Source: an uncultured Acidobacteriota bacterium (GTDB lineage: Bacteria > Acidobacteriota > Thermoanaerobaculia > Multivoradales > UBA5704). Taken from it: a stretch of 64,000 nt of DNA. Shown in pieces: positions 10,855-19,991 of the stretch; the first letter of the stretch is position 1; each line of letters opens with the position of its first letter. The notes below the pieces were generated by a model. That model made no database searches and had not been told where the DNA came from. It worked only from the letters and a program-made list of their open reading frames with translations. The position numbers were made by a program, and so were the translations under genes. Location of the stretch: NCBI GenBank assembly GCA_963732005.1, contig CAVSXT010000005.1:237788-301787 (forward strand), written 5' to 3'.

Positions 10855-13638
10855 ATGGCGAGGCTGCGCGCGTGGAGCGTCAGGTTCTTGAGCCTTTTCC
10901 GCCGGCGGCAGCTCGACCAGCGGCTGGACGAGGAGCTGCGTTTTCACCTCGACATGCAGGCGCGCGACAACCAGGCCCGCGGCATGGGCCCGGAAGCGGC
11001 GCGCCGCGCCGCCCGGTTGAGCTTCGCCGCCGGCGGCTCGGTGGAGCCGCTCAAGGAGGAGTACCGGGCGCGCCGCGGCGTGCCGGCGCTCGAGACGCTC
11101 GGGCAGGACCTGCGGTACGCGGCGCGGATGATGCGCAAGAGCCCCGGCTTCACCGCCGTCGCGCTGCTGTCGCTCGCCTTCGGCATCGGCACCAACTGCG
11201 CGATCTTCAGTGTCGTCGACGCGCTGCTGCTCAAGCCGCTGCCGGTTCCCGGGGCCGATCGTCTGGCGGTGCTGGCGCCCCGCGCCGCCGGCCAGGATCT
11301 GCCAGAGCTGTTCTCCTACCCCGCCTTCCGCCGCCTCGAGCAGTCCGCCACGGTGACCTCCGGCGTCGTCGCCTTCACCGCCGATTTCCAGACCCTGGTG
11401 CGCGCCGAGGATGGCCTTGGCACGGCGGGCGACGACCGCGACTTCGCACGGACCCAACTGGTCTCCGGCAACTTCTTCTCGGTGCTCGGCGCCGGCACCG
11501 CCGCCGGGCGCACCTTCGAGGAGGCCGAGGACATGGTCCCCGGCGGCCACCCGGTGGCGGTCATCGGCTACGGCTACTGGCAGCGCGCCTTCGGCCGCGA
11601 TCCGCGCATCGCCGGCAGGGTGCTGCGGGTGAACGGCGCGGCGGTGACGATCGTGGGCGTGGCCGCGCGCGGCTTTTTCGGGGTCTATGCCGACGCCTCG
11701 CCCGACATCTTCCTGCCGCTGACCCTGCGCGACCTGGTCAAGTACCGGGGCAACACCTGGGTGGACGGTCCCACGGACCTCCACCTCCCTGCCTGGCAGC
11801 AGGTCAATCTCCACTGGCTGAAGCTGATGGCGCGCCGGCGCCCGGGAGTCGGTGGCGAGCAGGCGAGCTCGGTGCTCAACGTGCTCTTCCAGCGCGACAA
11901 GGAGGCGCAGGCGGCGACCCGCGAGGACGCCCAGGAGCGCGCCGACGTGCTCGCCCAGAAGATCGTGCTGCTGCCCGGCGGGCGCGGCCTTGCCGAGTCG
12001 CGCGAGCGCCTCGGCCGGCCCCTGGTGACCCTCATGGCGGTCGCCGGCCTGGTCCTGTTGATCGCCTGCGCCAACGTCGCCAACCTCCTGCTCGCGCGCG
12101 CCGATCGGCGCCGCCGGGAGATGGCGGTGCGGCTGGGCATCGGCGCCGGGAGGGCTCGCCTGGTGCGCCAGCTGCTGACCGAGAGCCTGCTGCTGGCCGG
12201 TCTCGGCGGCGCCCTCGGACTGGCCTTCGCCTTCTGGGGCAGCCGCTTCCTGGTGGCGCTGGTCGGCAGCGCCGACGGCTCGCTGCGGCTCGACGTGGCG
12301 CTCGACGGCCGCAAGCTGCTGTTCGCCGGCGCCGCCGCCCTCGCGACCGGCCTGGTGTTCGGCCTCGCGCCGGCTTTCCAGGCGACCCGGGTGGAGCTCG
12401 CGGCGAGCCTGCAGCAGGGGGCCAGGGCGCTGGCGGGGACCGGCAGTGGGCGCCGCCGGCTGCCGTTCGGCAGGCTGCTGGTGGCGGCGCAGATCGGCCT
12501 CTCTCTGCTGCTGCTCATCGGCGCCGGGCTGTTCGTGCGCAGCCTGCAGAACCTGATGGCGGTCGATCCCGGCTTCGACCGCGACCGGCTGGTGCAGGTC
12601 TCGCTCAACCCCCGCCTGCTCGGTTATGACGAGAACCGCCTCGCCGCGCTCGACGACCGCCTGCTGGAACGGCTGGCGGCGGCGCCGGGAGTGCGTTCGG
12701 CCAGCCTTTCGCTGTGCGACCTGCTCAGCGGCGACGTCAGGACCAGCGACGTTTTCCTTCCCGGCTTCACGCCGCGCGGCGCCGAGTCCATGGAGACGCA
12801 CGCCGGCATCGTGACGCCAGGCTACTTCGCGACCGCCGGCATGGCGATCGCGAGCGGCCGCGACTTCATGGCGCGCGATCGCCAGGGCGCGCCCGAGGTG
12901 GCGGTGGTCAACCAGACCTTCGCCCGCCGCTTCCTGGCGCACCGCCCGGCGCTGGGGCAGCGCTTCGGTTTCGGCCGCATGCACGATCGCGAGTACGAGG
13001 TGGTCGGCGTGGTCCGTGATGCCAAGTACAACCGCCTCGGGGATGCCACGCCGCCGATGGCCTTCTTTCCCGTCGCCCAGAACCGCGACGAGGTGATGCG
13101 CTCCCTGCTGGTGCGGGTGGTCCCGGGCTACTCGGTATCGACGGTGGCTGCCGAGCTGCGCCGGGTCGTGGCGCAGGTGAACCCGGACCTGGCGGTGCTC
13201 GGGGTCGCGACCATGGGCGACATGGTGGATCGGTCGCTGGCCCGCCAGCGCGCCATCGCCCGGCTGATCGGCTTCTTCGGCCTGCTGGCGCTGCTGCTCG
13301 CGGCGATCGGCCTCTATGGGGTGATGTCCTACAGCGTCGCGCGGCGCACCAGCGAGATCGGCCTGCGCATGGCCCTCGGTGCGATGCGCGGCGGCGTGCT
13401 GCGGCTGGTGCTGGTCGAGACGGTGCGGCTGGTGGCCGTCGGGCTCGCGGGCGGGCTGATCGCGGCCCTGGCGGTCACCCGGCTGGCGGCCAGCCAGCTG
13501 TTCGGGATCGCGGCCAGCGACCCAGCGACAATCGCGTTCGCGACCCTGGTGATGGCGGTGGTGGCGCTCGTCGCCGGCTTCCTGCCGGCGCGGCGCGCCG
13601 CCGACACCGAGCCGATGGCGGCCCTGCGGTACGAATAG
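10855..13638 (+). CDS. ADOP-family duplicated ABC permease (MacB_PCD/FtsX x2)
   Basis: 'LDEELRFHL', 'QDLRYAARMMRKSPGF', 'LLIACANVANLLLAR', 'EIGLRMALGA'; internal duplication of the periplasmic/FtsX unit. Confidence 0.9.
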   Translation: MARLRAWSVRFLSLFRRRQLDQRLDEELRFHLDMQARDNQARGMGPEAARRAARLSFAAGGSVEPLKEEYRARRGVPALETLGQDLRYAARMMRKSPGFTAVALLSLAFGIGTNCAIFSVVDALLLKPLPVPGADRLAVLAPRAAGQDLPELFSYPAFRRLEQSATVTSGVVAFTADFQTLVRAEDGLGTAGDDRDFARTQLVSGNFFSVLGAGTAAGRTFEEAEDMVPGGHPVAVIGYGYWQRAFGRDPRIAGRVLRVNGAAVTIVGVAARGFFGVYADASPDIFLPLTLRDLVKYRGNTWVDGPTDLHLPAWQQVNLHWLKLMARRRPGVGGEQASSVLNVLFQRDKEAQAATREDAQERADVLAQKIVLLPGGRGLAESRERLGRPLVTLMAVAGLVLLIACANVANLLLARADRRRREMAVRLGIGAGRARLVRQLLTESLLLAGLGGALGLAFAFWGSRFLVALVGSADGSLRLDVALDGRKLLFAGAAALATGLVFGLAPAFQATRVELAASLQQGARALAGTGSGRRRLPFGRLLVAAQIGLSLLLLIGAGLFVRSLQNLMAVDPGFDRDRLVQVSLNPRLLGYDENRLAALDDRLLERLAAAPGVRSASLSLCDLLSGDVRTSDVFLPGFTPRGAESMETHAGIVTPGYFATAGMAIASGRDFMARDRQGAPEVAVVNQTFARRFLAHRPALGQRFGFGRMHDREYEVVGVVRDAKYNRLGDATPPMAFFPVAQNRDEVMRSLLVRVVPGYSVSTVAAELRRVVAQVNPDLAVLGVATMGDMVDRSLARQRAIARLIGFFGLLALLLAAIGLYGVMSYSVARRTSEIGLRMALGAMRGGVLRLVLVETVRLVAVGLAGGLIAALAVTRLAASQLFGIAASDPATIAFATLVMAVVALVAGFLPARRAADTEPMAALRYE

Positions 13639-13648
13639 GCGGCGTCGA

Positions 13649-15103
13649 CTACGAAGCGCCGCGGCCGGAAAGCACGGCCGGGATCGTCTTGAGCAGGATC
13701 TTGAAATCCAGCATCGGCGACCAGGAGTCGATGTACTCGAGGTCGAGCTGCATCCAGCGGTCGAAGTCGAGCTGATTGCGCCCGCTGACCTGCCAGAGGC
13801 AGGTCAGGCCCGGCTTCATCGACAGGCGGCGGCGCTGCCAGCGCTGGTAGCGGGCGACCTCCTCGGGTATCGGCGGGCGCGGGCCGACCAGGCTCATGTC
13901 GCCGCGCAGGACGTTCCAGAACTGCGGCAGCTCGTCGAGGCTGAAGCGGCGCAGGAAGCGGCCCAGCCAGGTCACCCGCGGATCGCTCCTGAGCTTGAAC
14001 ACCGGGCCGTTCATCTCGTTGAGGTGCTCGAGCGCCTGGCGCCGGTCCTCGGCGTCCTCGACCATGGTGCGGAACTTGTAGAGGGTGAAGACCCGGCCGT
14101 TCAGGCCGCAGCGGCTCTGGCGGAACAGCACATTGCCCTGCGAGGTGAACTTGATCAGCGTCGCGATCCCCGCCACCACCGGCAGGCCCAGCAGCAGCAG
14201 CAGCGACGACAAGGCGACGTCCATGACCCGCTTGGCCATCAGCGGCAGCTGGCTGGTCGGCCCGGTGGCGAAGGACAGCAGCGGGATGCCGTCGAGCTCC
14301 TCGAGCTCGACCCGCGCCTGGGTGTGCGGGAAGAGGTTGACCGCGAAGCGGGTGCGGATGCCCTGCTCCTGCAGGCTCAGGAACAGGTCCTCCAGGCGGT
14401 CGAGGTCGCGGCGGCTCACCGCGAAGATGACGTCGTCGATCACGTTGTGCTCGATGATGTGAGGCAGGTGCTTGAGCTCGCCGAGGATCGTGTAGCGGCC
14501 CGGCCAGGGCTGCGGCGGCTCGTGGCCGTTGACGATGAAGCCGAGGATGCGGTAGCCCCAGAAGCGATGGCCGTGGATCGAATCGGCGATCTTCAGCGCC
14601 GCGGCGTTGGTGCCGACGATCAGCACGGTGCGGTAGTTGAAGCCGTGCGAGCGCACGTAGCGCGAGCTGATGCGCAGGCAGAGCTTCTCGCCCAGCAGCA
14701 GCAGCGACGCGAAGACGCCGAACAGCAGCACCCAGGCGCGGCTGATCTGGTCGTTGCCGAGCAGCCGGACGTCGATGCGCAGGACGTACAGCGCCAGGGT
14801 GAAGACGATCGTGCCGCTGGCGCAGACCCGCAGGATCGCCCACGACTCGTCGAGCAGCGGCACGGTGCGCTGGGACCGGTAGCGTCCCGACAGCAGCAGC
14901 AGGGTGCCCCAGATCACCAGCGCCAGGGGCAGCAGCGGCAGGTACGCGGTCAGCGGATAGAGACGGGCCGGGAAGGCCTGTGGCACCAGCCGCGGCAGGA
15001 TCCAGCTGCGCAGCGAGAACGCCAGCAGGAAGGCGGCCGCGACGAGCGCCAGATCGACGAGAAAGATCGAGGCCGCAAGGATTCGGGCTCGTTCTTTCAG
15101 CAT
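13649..15103 (-). CDS. Polyprenyl-phosphate hexose-1-phosphate transferase (WcaJ/WbaP-like sugar transferase)
   Basis: N-terminal TMs and CoA-binding-like segment; 'KFRTM', 'DPRVT..GRFLRRFSLDELPQFWNVLRGDMSLVGPRP', 'KPGLT..WQVSGR'. Confidence 0.92.
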   Translation of the reverse strand: MLKERARILAASIFLVDLALVAAAFLLAFSLRSWILPRLVPQAFPARLYPLTAYLPLLPLALVIWGTLLLLSGRYRSQRTVPLLDESWAILRVCASGTIVFTLALYVLRIDVRLLGNDQISRAWVLLFGVFASLLLLGEKLCLRISSRYVRSHGFNYRTVLIVGTNAAALKIADSIHGHRFWGYRILGFIVNGHEPPQPWPGRYTILGELKHLPHIIEHNVIDDVIFAVSRRDLDRLEDLFLSLQEQGIRTRFAVNLFPHTQARVELEELDGIPLLSFATGPTSQLPLMAKRVMDVALSSLLLLLGLPVVAGIATLIKFTSQGNVLFRQSRCGLNGRVFTLYKFRTMVEDAEDRRQALEHLNEMNGPVFKLRSDPRVTWLGRFLRRFSLDELPQFWNVLRGDMSLVGPRPPIPEEVARYQRWQRRRLSMKPGLTCLWQVSGRNQLDFDRWMQLDLEYIDSWSPMLDFKILLKTIPAVLSGRGAS

Positions 15104-15339
15104 GGATTCGAGCTCAGCTTGGGCATCGCCCTCGATCGAAGAGGCTGTTCATTGTAACGTGGCGCAGCCTCGCACCGTCTATGCCCGCCGGCGGCAGCGG
15201 CGGGAGCTTTGGCATACCTGGAAAACGCCTGGCGACACCTACCAGTTCCTGAAACACCCGGCGATCGGGATTCCTGCGCCTGGCGGTGCTGCACGCGCCG
15301 TGCCGGCCGCGGGCCGGCGCCTGGGTGGCGCGGGCTGGC

Positions 15340-16500
15340 TCACCGCCGGTCGGCCAGCGCTGCCAGCAGCTCCGCGTACTGGTCGGCCACCCGTTCCCAG
15401 GAGTAGCGGCGGGCGGCCCGCCGGGCCGCGACCAGGCCGGCCTGCCAGGCGCGCAGGGGGCGCCGCCGCACCTGTTCGAGGCGGGCGGCCAGGGTCTCGG
15501 GATCGGCGGCCCGGAAGTAGGCGGCGGCCGGGCCGGCGGTCTCGCGGTTCTCGGGGGTGTCGTTGACCACCAGGCAGTTGCCGTATCCCATCGCCTCCAC
15601 CAGCGCCGGGTGGGTGCCGCCGACCTCGGTGGCGTGGACGTAGGCGAGGGCGTTCGCCAGCAGCTCGCGGTACTCCTCGCCGTAGATCGGCCCGGGGAAC
15701 AGGATGCGCGGATCGGCGCCGCGGGTGAAGCCGGCGATAAAGTCGCCCGCATACGGGGCCCCGCCCACCATCACCAGCGGCAGCTCGCCGCGCACCGCGC
15801 GGTAGGCCGCCGCCACCTGGTGCGGGTTGTTCTCGGGCTCGAAGCGGCTGACGTAGAGGAAGTAGCGGCGTGGCTGCAGCCCCAGCCGGGCCAGAGCGCC
15901 GGCGCCTGCCAAGGCCTCCGGGCTCGCCGCCGGCGGCGAGTCCGGAGGCCGGGGTGGGCGCGGATCGACGCCATAGGCGATGGCCGTCGAGTCGGCGCCA
16001 TAGCGCTCCAGGTAGTGGCGGCGGATCACCTCGGCATCGGTGATCAGGGCGTCCGGCAGGATGCAGGCCAGGCGCTCGGACAGCGCGTAGACGGCGCGGC
16101 CGAAGGGCCCCCATTTGCGGCGGCGGCGCTCGATGCCGTCGACATGCAGGGCGGCGGGGATGCCGGCGGCGGCAAGCAGCGGCAGGAACAGGGCGTTGGC
16201 CGAGTTGACCACCAGCGCGGCGTCGAAGCCGCGGGCGCCGGCGTGCAGGCAGGAGAGCAGGGTGTGGACGGGCGTGTCCAGGTGCTTGGTGCGCACCGTC
16301 GGCAGCACCACCAGCTCGACGCCGCGGTAGCTGCGGAGCGCGCGCGGCGTCGAATGGGAGCGGCAGTAGACGGTGACCCGGAAACCGCGCGCCAGCAGCC
16401 GCACCGACAGCTCCTCCATCAGCGTCTCGTAGCCGCCGTAGCGGGCGGGGATGCCGCGGCTGCCGATCAGCGCCACCGCCGGGCCCGGCGGGCGGCTCAC
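15340..16500 (-). CDS. Glycosyltransferase family 4 (DUF1972/WchF-like)
   Basis: 'IGSRGIPARYGGYET', 'VSRFEPENN', 'HATEVGGTHPALVEAM'. GTG start overlaps the upstream TGA (GTGA). Confidence 0.85.
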   Translation of the reverse strand: MSRPPGPAVALIGSRGIPARYGGYETLMEELSVRLLARGFRVTVYCRSHSTPRALRSYRGVELVVLPTVRTKHLDTPVHTLLSCLHAGARGFDAALVVNSANALFLPLLAAAGIPAALHVDGIERRRRKWGPFGRAVYALSERLACILPDALITDAEVIRRHYLERYGADSTAIAYGVDPRPPRPPDSPPAASPEALAGAGALARLGLQPRRYFLYVSRFEPENNPHQVAAAYRAVRGELPLVMVGGAPYAGDFIAGFTRGADPRILFPGPIYGEEYRELLANALAYVHATEVGGTHPALVEAMGYGNCLVVNDTPENRETAGPAAAYFRAADPETLAARLEQVRRRPLRAWQAGLVAARRAARRYSWERVADQYAELLAALADRR

Positions 16501-17492
16501 AGCGGCGCTCCCTGGCGGCCGAACCAGGCGTCCAGCTCGGCCGCCGGGCGGGTGCGGCGGCTCTGGATGGCGCGCCGCCGGGCCAGCAGCTCGGCGCGGT
16601 GGCGCAGCAGCCAGCCGTAGGCGCCGAGCGACGAGCGCTCGCGCAGCGCCACCCAGGCGAGCGCCCCGAGGTCGCGGCCGAGGGTGGGCAGCAGGGTGCG
16701 CGCCAGGTTGCGGCCGGTCTGGTGGTAGATGCGCAGCAGGTAGCGGTTCTTGAGCGAGTGGAGATTGACGGCGGCAGGCATCGCGCCGCGCCGTGCGGGC
16801 ACGTTGAAGCGCCGGTGCTCGGCGACGGCGGCGGGCTCGTAGAGGATCTCCCAGCCGCGCTCGCGCAGGCGGAAGCAGAGCTCGGCGTCCTCGCGGAACG
16901 AGTGGAAGCGCGGGTCGAAGATCTCGCCGTCGACCGCCGCGTCGAGCAGCGCCGCGCGGCGGAAGAGCGAGGCCGCGCCGGTAGCGCCGAAGACCCGATC
17001 GGGAAGCGCCCACTGGCCGCGGTCGGGCTCGCCGGAGCCGCGGTCGAGGTGGCGCCAGGCGCTGGTCAGGCGCATGCCGCAGGCGTCGAGCAGGCGCGGG
17101 GAGCCGGGCTTCTCCGGACGCACCAGGCGCCCGGCGACCGCCGCGACCCGCAGCTCCGGATGAGCTTCCATGCGCGCCGCCAGGCGCTCGAGGTAATCGG
17201 GCCGCGGGCGGGCGTCGGCGTTGAGGGTCAGGACGTAGGGCGCGCGGGTGGCGGCGATGGCGGCGTTCATGCCGGCGGCAAAGCCGATGTTGGCGGCGTG
17301 GCCGGCGGCGGACAGCGGGATGCCGTGCGGCGCCGTGCGCCGCGCCTCGTCGAGGCTGCCGTCGCGGCTGCCGGAATCGACCAGCGCGATCTCGGCCGGC
17401 GGCGGCCGCAGTGCCGCGATCGCCGCCATGCAGCCCGCCAGGTCCGGCGCCGAGTCGTGGGTGACCAGGCAAATGGCGACGTCAACTGCCAT
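16497..17492 (-). CDS. Glycosyltransferase family 2
   Basis: 'VDSGSRDGS', 'NIGFAAGMN', 'LNADA', 'FHSFREDAELCFR'. Confidence 0.88.
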   Translation of the reverse strand: MAVDVAICLVTHDSAPDLAGCMAAIAALRPPPAEIALVDSGSRDGSLDEARRTAPHGIPLSAAGHAANIGFAAGMNAAIAATRAPYVLTLNADARPRPDYLERLAARMEAHPELRVAAVAGRLVRPEKPGSPRLLDACGMRLTSAWRHLDRGSGEPDRGQWALPDRVFGATGAASLFRRAALLDAAVDGEIFDPRFHSFREDAELCFRLRERGWEILYEPAAVAEHRRFNVPARRGAMPAAVNLHSLKNRYLLRIYHQTGRNLARTLLPTLGRDLGALAWVALRERSSLGAYGWLLRHRAELLARRRAIQSRRTRPAAELDAWFGRQGAPL

Positions 17493-18679
17493 CGCGCCCT
17501 CGCTGGGACCGAGTGGATGGTCCGGGAAGCGGAGCTCGCGTCAGCGTCAGGGACGGTGGTTGCGGCGTCGCCGGAGCGCCGAGGTCCTCGCGCGCGGCGG
17601 CGCGCCGGCGTGGCGCCGGTGGGGTCGAGGGACATGCCGCGGGGAAGGCGCCAGCCGGAGAGCGCGCCGGCCAGGGCCAGCAGCAGGCCGGACGCCGCCT
17701 CGCGGCGGGAAGCGGCGCGGCGGGGGCGGCGGGCGGCCACCAGCGGCAGGCGGAGCAGGAGGCCGGCGATCAGGCCGGCCCGCGCCGCCGGCAGCCAGGC
17801 GGCGCCGTGGTGCTTGGCCAGGTAGCGCTCGAGGCCGCGGTGATAGATCCAGAGGAAGCGCCCGTAGCCCAGGCGCGGCACGCTGCTGCCGAGGGCGTGG
17901 CGGAAGCGCGCCGCTGGCCAGTAGAGCAGGCGCGCGCCGGTCTGCCGCAGCCGGTGCGCCAGGTCGACGTCCTCGAACCAGGCGGGATGGAAGCGCTCGT
18001 CGAAGCCGCCGGCGGCCAGGAGCGCTTGGCGGCGGAGCGCCAGCGCCGCCGCCGCCGGCTGCTCGACCGGCGTGCCGGGCGGCGGCTCGGCGGTGAGGCG
18101 GCCGGCGGCGCCGGCAGCGCCGGCGAAAGGCCAGGGAAGGGTCTGGCGCAGGCAGCCCCAGGCCGAGGGGAGGCGGCGCAGCTGCCAGGCGAATTGCGGT
18201 TCGCCGTCGGCGCCGGTGAGGCGGGGAGCCAGGCCGGCGGCCTCCGGATGCGCGGCGAAGCCTGCGAGCAGCTGCTCGAGCGCGCCGGGCTCGGGCAGGG
18301 CGTCGGGGTTTAGCAGGAGGAGCAGCGGCGCCCGGCTGGCCGCCACCCCGGCGTTGACGCCGCCGGCAAAGCCGAGATTGCGCCCCGGCTGCATCAGCCG
18401 GATGGAAACGGACGCGGCCGGCGGTGGTTGCCCCGGCAGGCTTGCGATAGGCGCCGAAGCGCTGTTGTCCACCACCAAGAGCTCGAAGCGCTGGTCGTCG
18501 TGCGGCCAGGCGGCGATCAGCTCGGCGAGCCGGGCGTCGTCGCGCCAGTGCACCACGATGCCGGCCAGCGCCGGCAGCGGGTGTGGCGCCGCCGGTGATG
18601 CTTCCATGGCTGGCGGCGAGGGCGGTGCCGGTAGGGGCGAGGGTTTTCCCGGTGGCAGCGGGGAGCGAGGGGCGGCCAT
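17267..18679 (-). CDS. Glycosyltransferase family 2 (low-complexity termini; 3' end overlaps next gene)
   Basis: 'VVDNS', 'NLGFAGGVN', 'LLNPDA', 'GGFDERFHPAWFEDVDL'. The last ~75 codons overlap the next GT2. Confidence 0.8.
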   Translation of the reverse strand: MAAPRSPLPPGKPSPLPAPPSPPAMEASPAAPHPLPALAGIVVHWRDDARLAELIAAWPHDDQRFELLVVDNSASAPIASLPGQPPPAASVSIRLMQPGRNLGFAGGVNAGVAASRAPLLLLLNPDALPEPGALEQLLAGFAAHPEAAGLAPRLTGADGEPQFAWQLRRLPSAWGCLRQTLPWPFAGAAGAAGRLTAEPPPGTPVEQPAAAALALRRQALLAAGGFDERFHPAWFEDVDLAHRLRQTGARLLYWPAARFRHALGSSVPRLGYGRFLWIYHRGLERYLAKHHGAAWLPAARAGLIAGLLLRLPLVAARRPRRAASRREAASGLLLALAGALSGWRLPRGMSLDPTGATPARRRARGPRRSGDAATTVPDADASSASRTIHSVPARARWQLTSPFAWSPTTRRRTWRAAWRRSRHCGRRRPRSRWSIPAAATAASTRRGARRRTASRCPPPATPPTSALPPA

Positions 18680-18689
18680 CGGTCAGAGG

Positions 18690-19979
18690 TTACCCCGATT
18701 GGGGCGGCCAGCGGCTCAGGCGGGCCACCTCGGCCAGCGGCGGCGCGGACGGGCCGCGGCGGGCGAACGCCGGCAGGTGGCGCAGGGCGCGCCCCCATCC
18801 CGCGATCGCGCCGGTCAGGCGCCGGCGGCCGGCGCTCCGATCGGCGCCGGGGGCAGCGCTCCGATCGGCGCCGGGGGCGGCGCCCCCTAGTTCGCGGTCA
18901 GCGCTGCGGTCCGGGGAGCGGCGCGTGGCGAAGGGGCCGGCGAGATCCAGGAGATCGCGCAGCAGCATCCGCGGCAGCCGAAGCCAGAGACCGCGGCCGA
19001 GCAGGCGGGCGGCCGCCAGGTAGCGGTTGCCGTAGATCAGGCGCCACCGTCGGCGGCTGGCGGGTGCCGCACGCCCCGAGGCCGATCCGGCATGGAGCGC
19101 CCGCGCCGCCGGCGCCAGCAGGGCGCGAAAGCCGGCTGCGCGCAGGCGGCCGGCCAGCTCGGCGTCCTCGTAATAGGAGATCAGGCGCGGGTCGAAGACC
19201 CGGCCGTCCGGCGCCACTCGTTCGAGTGCCGTGCGCCGGAACAGCGCGGCGGTCGCCGAGACCCCGAAGACTTCGACGGCGGTGGTTGGCCCGTTTGAAA
19301 TCCCATTGGCTCCAGAGAGGCCGCCCCCTGCGGCCACCGCGGCGGCAGTTGACTTCCCGGCCGCCGGCGCAATTGCCGGCGTGTCGGGCACGGCGCCGGC
19401 GGCCAGCGCTGATTCCAGCTCCTCCAATGCCATGCCGTGCCCGAGCTGAATGGCTTGCCACCACCGGTTCCAGCCCAGGCCACAGCTGTCGATCTGCCGG
19501 CGGCGGTCCCGGGTTTGGCCGGGTGGCTCAGCCAGCGGCAGTCCGGCGGCGGCGTCCAGGTCGCGACCATCGGCGAGGAGGTTGACACCCTGCGCGGCGG
19601 CGGCGCCGGGATCGGCGCACAGCGCGGCGGCAAGCGTGGCGAGCCAGCCGGGTCCGACCACCGCGTCGTCGTTGACCGTGGCCAGCAGCTCGCCGCGGGC
19701 CGCCGCGATCCCGAGATTGGTGCCGCCCGTGAAGCCCAGGTTGCGTTGCGGCCGCAGCACGCGATCGGCAAGGCCGGGCGGCAGCGCCAGCGGTTGCGGG
19801 GCCTGATCCACCACCACGATCTCGAGCGAGCGCACGCCCTCCTGCCGCCGCAGCGCGGTCAGGCAGGCGGCGAGCCATGGGCTGCCGCCGATCGTCGGAA
19901 CCACCGCGGTGACCTCCGGGATTTCCGGTTCGACGGCGGCCATGCGGGTCGCCGCGGGCTCGCCCGGCTCAGGCCGCAT
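18690..19979 (-). CDS. Glycosyltransferase family 2 with Ala/Gly-rich insertions
   Basis: 'NLGFTGGTN', 'VNDDA', 'FDPRLISYYEDAEL..RL'. Confidence 0.82.
   Translation of the reverse strand: MRPEPGEPAATRMAAVEPEIPEVTAVVPTIGGSPWLAACLTALRRQEGVRSLEIVVVDQAPQPLALPPGLADRVLRPQRNLGFTGGTNLGIAAARGELLATVNDDAVVGPGWLATLAAALCADPGAAAAQGVNLLADGRDLDAAAGLPLAEPPGQTRDRRRQIDSCGLGWNRWWQAIQLGHGMALEELESALAAGAVPDTPAIAPAAGKSTAAAVAAGGGLSGANGISNGPTTAVEVFGVSATAALFRRTALERVAPDGRVFDPRLISYYEDAELAGRLRAAGFRALLAPAARALHAGSASGRAAPASRRRWRLIYGNRYLAAARLLGRGLWLRLPRMLLRDLLDLAGPFATRRSPDRSADRELGGAAPGADRSAAPGADRSAGRRRLTGAIAGWGRALRHLPAFARRGPSAPPLAEVARLSRWPPQSG
18832..18879. repeat. 24-bp tandem repeat x2 (in-frame, AAPGADRS)
   Basis: GCGCTCCGATCGGCGCCGGGGGC[A/G] twice. 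Confidence 0.85.
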
Positions 19980-19991
19980 GCCGCGCCCCGC

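Noticed and set aside
10810-12984. Long antisense or alternate-frame ORFs (e.g. 10810-12984, 19437-22073, 45840-48911, 52667-57043)
   Set aside because: Shadow ORFs of real genes in very high-GC DNA; Arg/Ala/Gly/Pro-rich with no domain motifs.
15340-17472. 710-aa ORF appearing to fuse two glycosyltransferases
   Set aside because: Only the part from GTG 16500 is the GT4; the upstream part is an off-frame reading of the GT2 gene 16497-17492.
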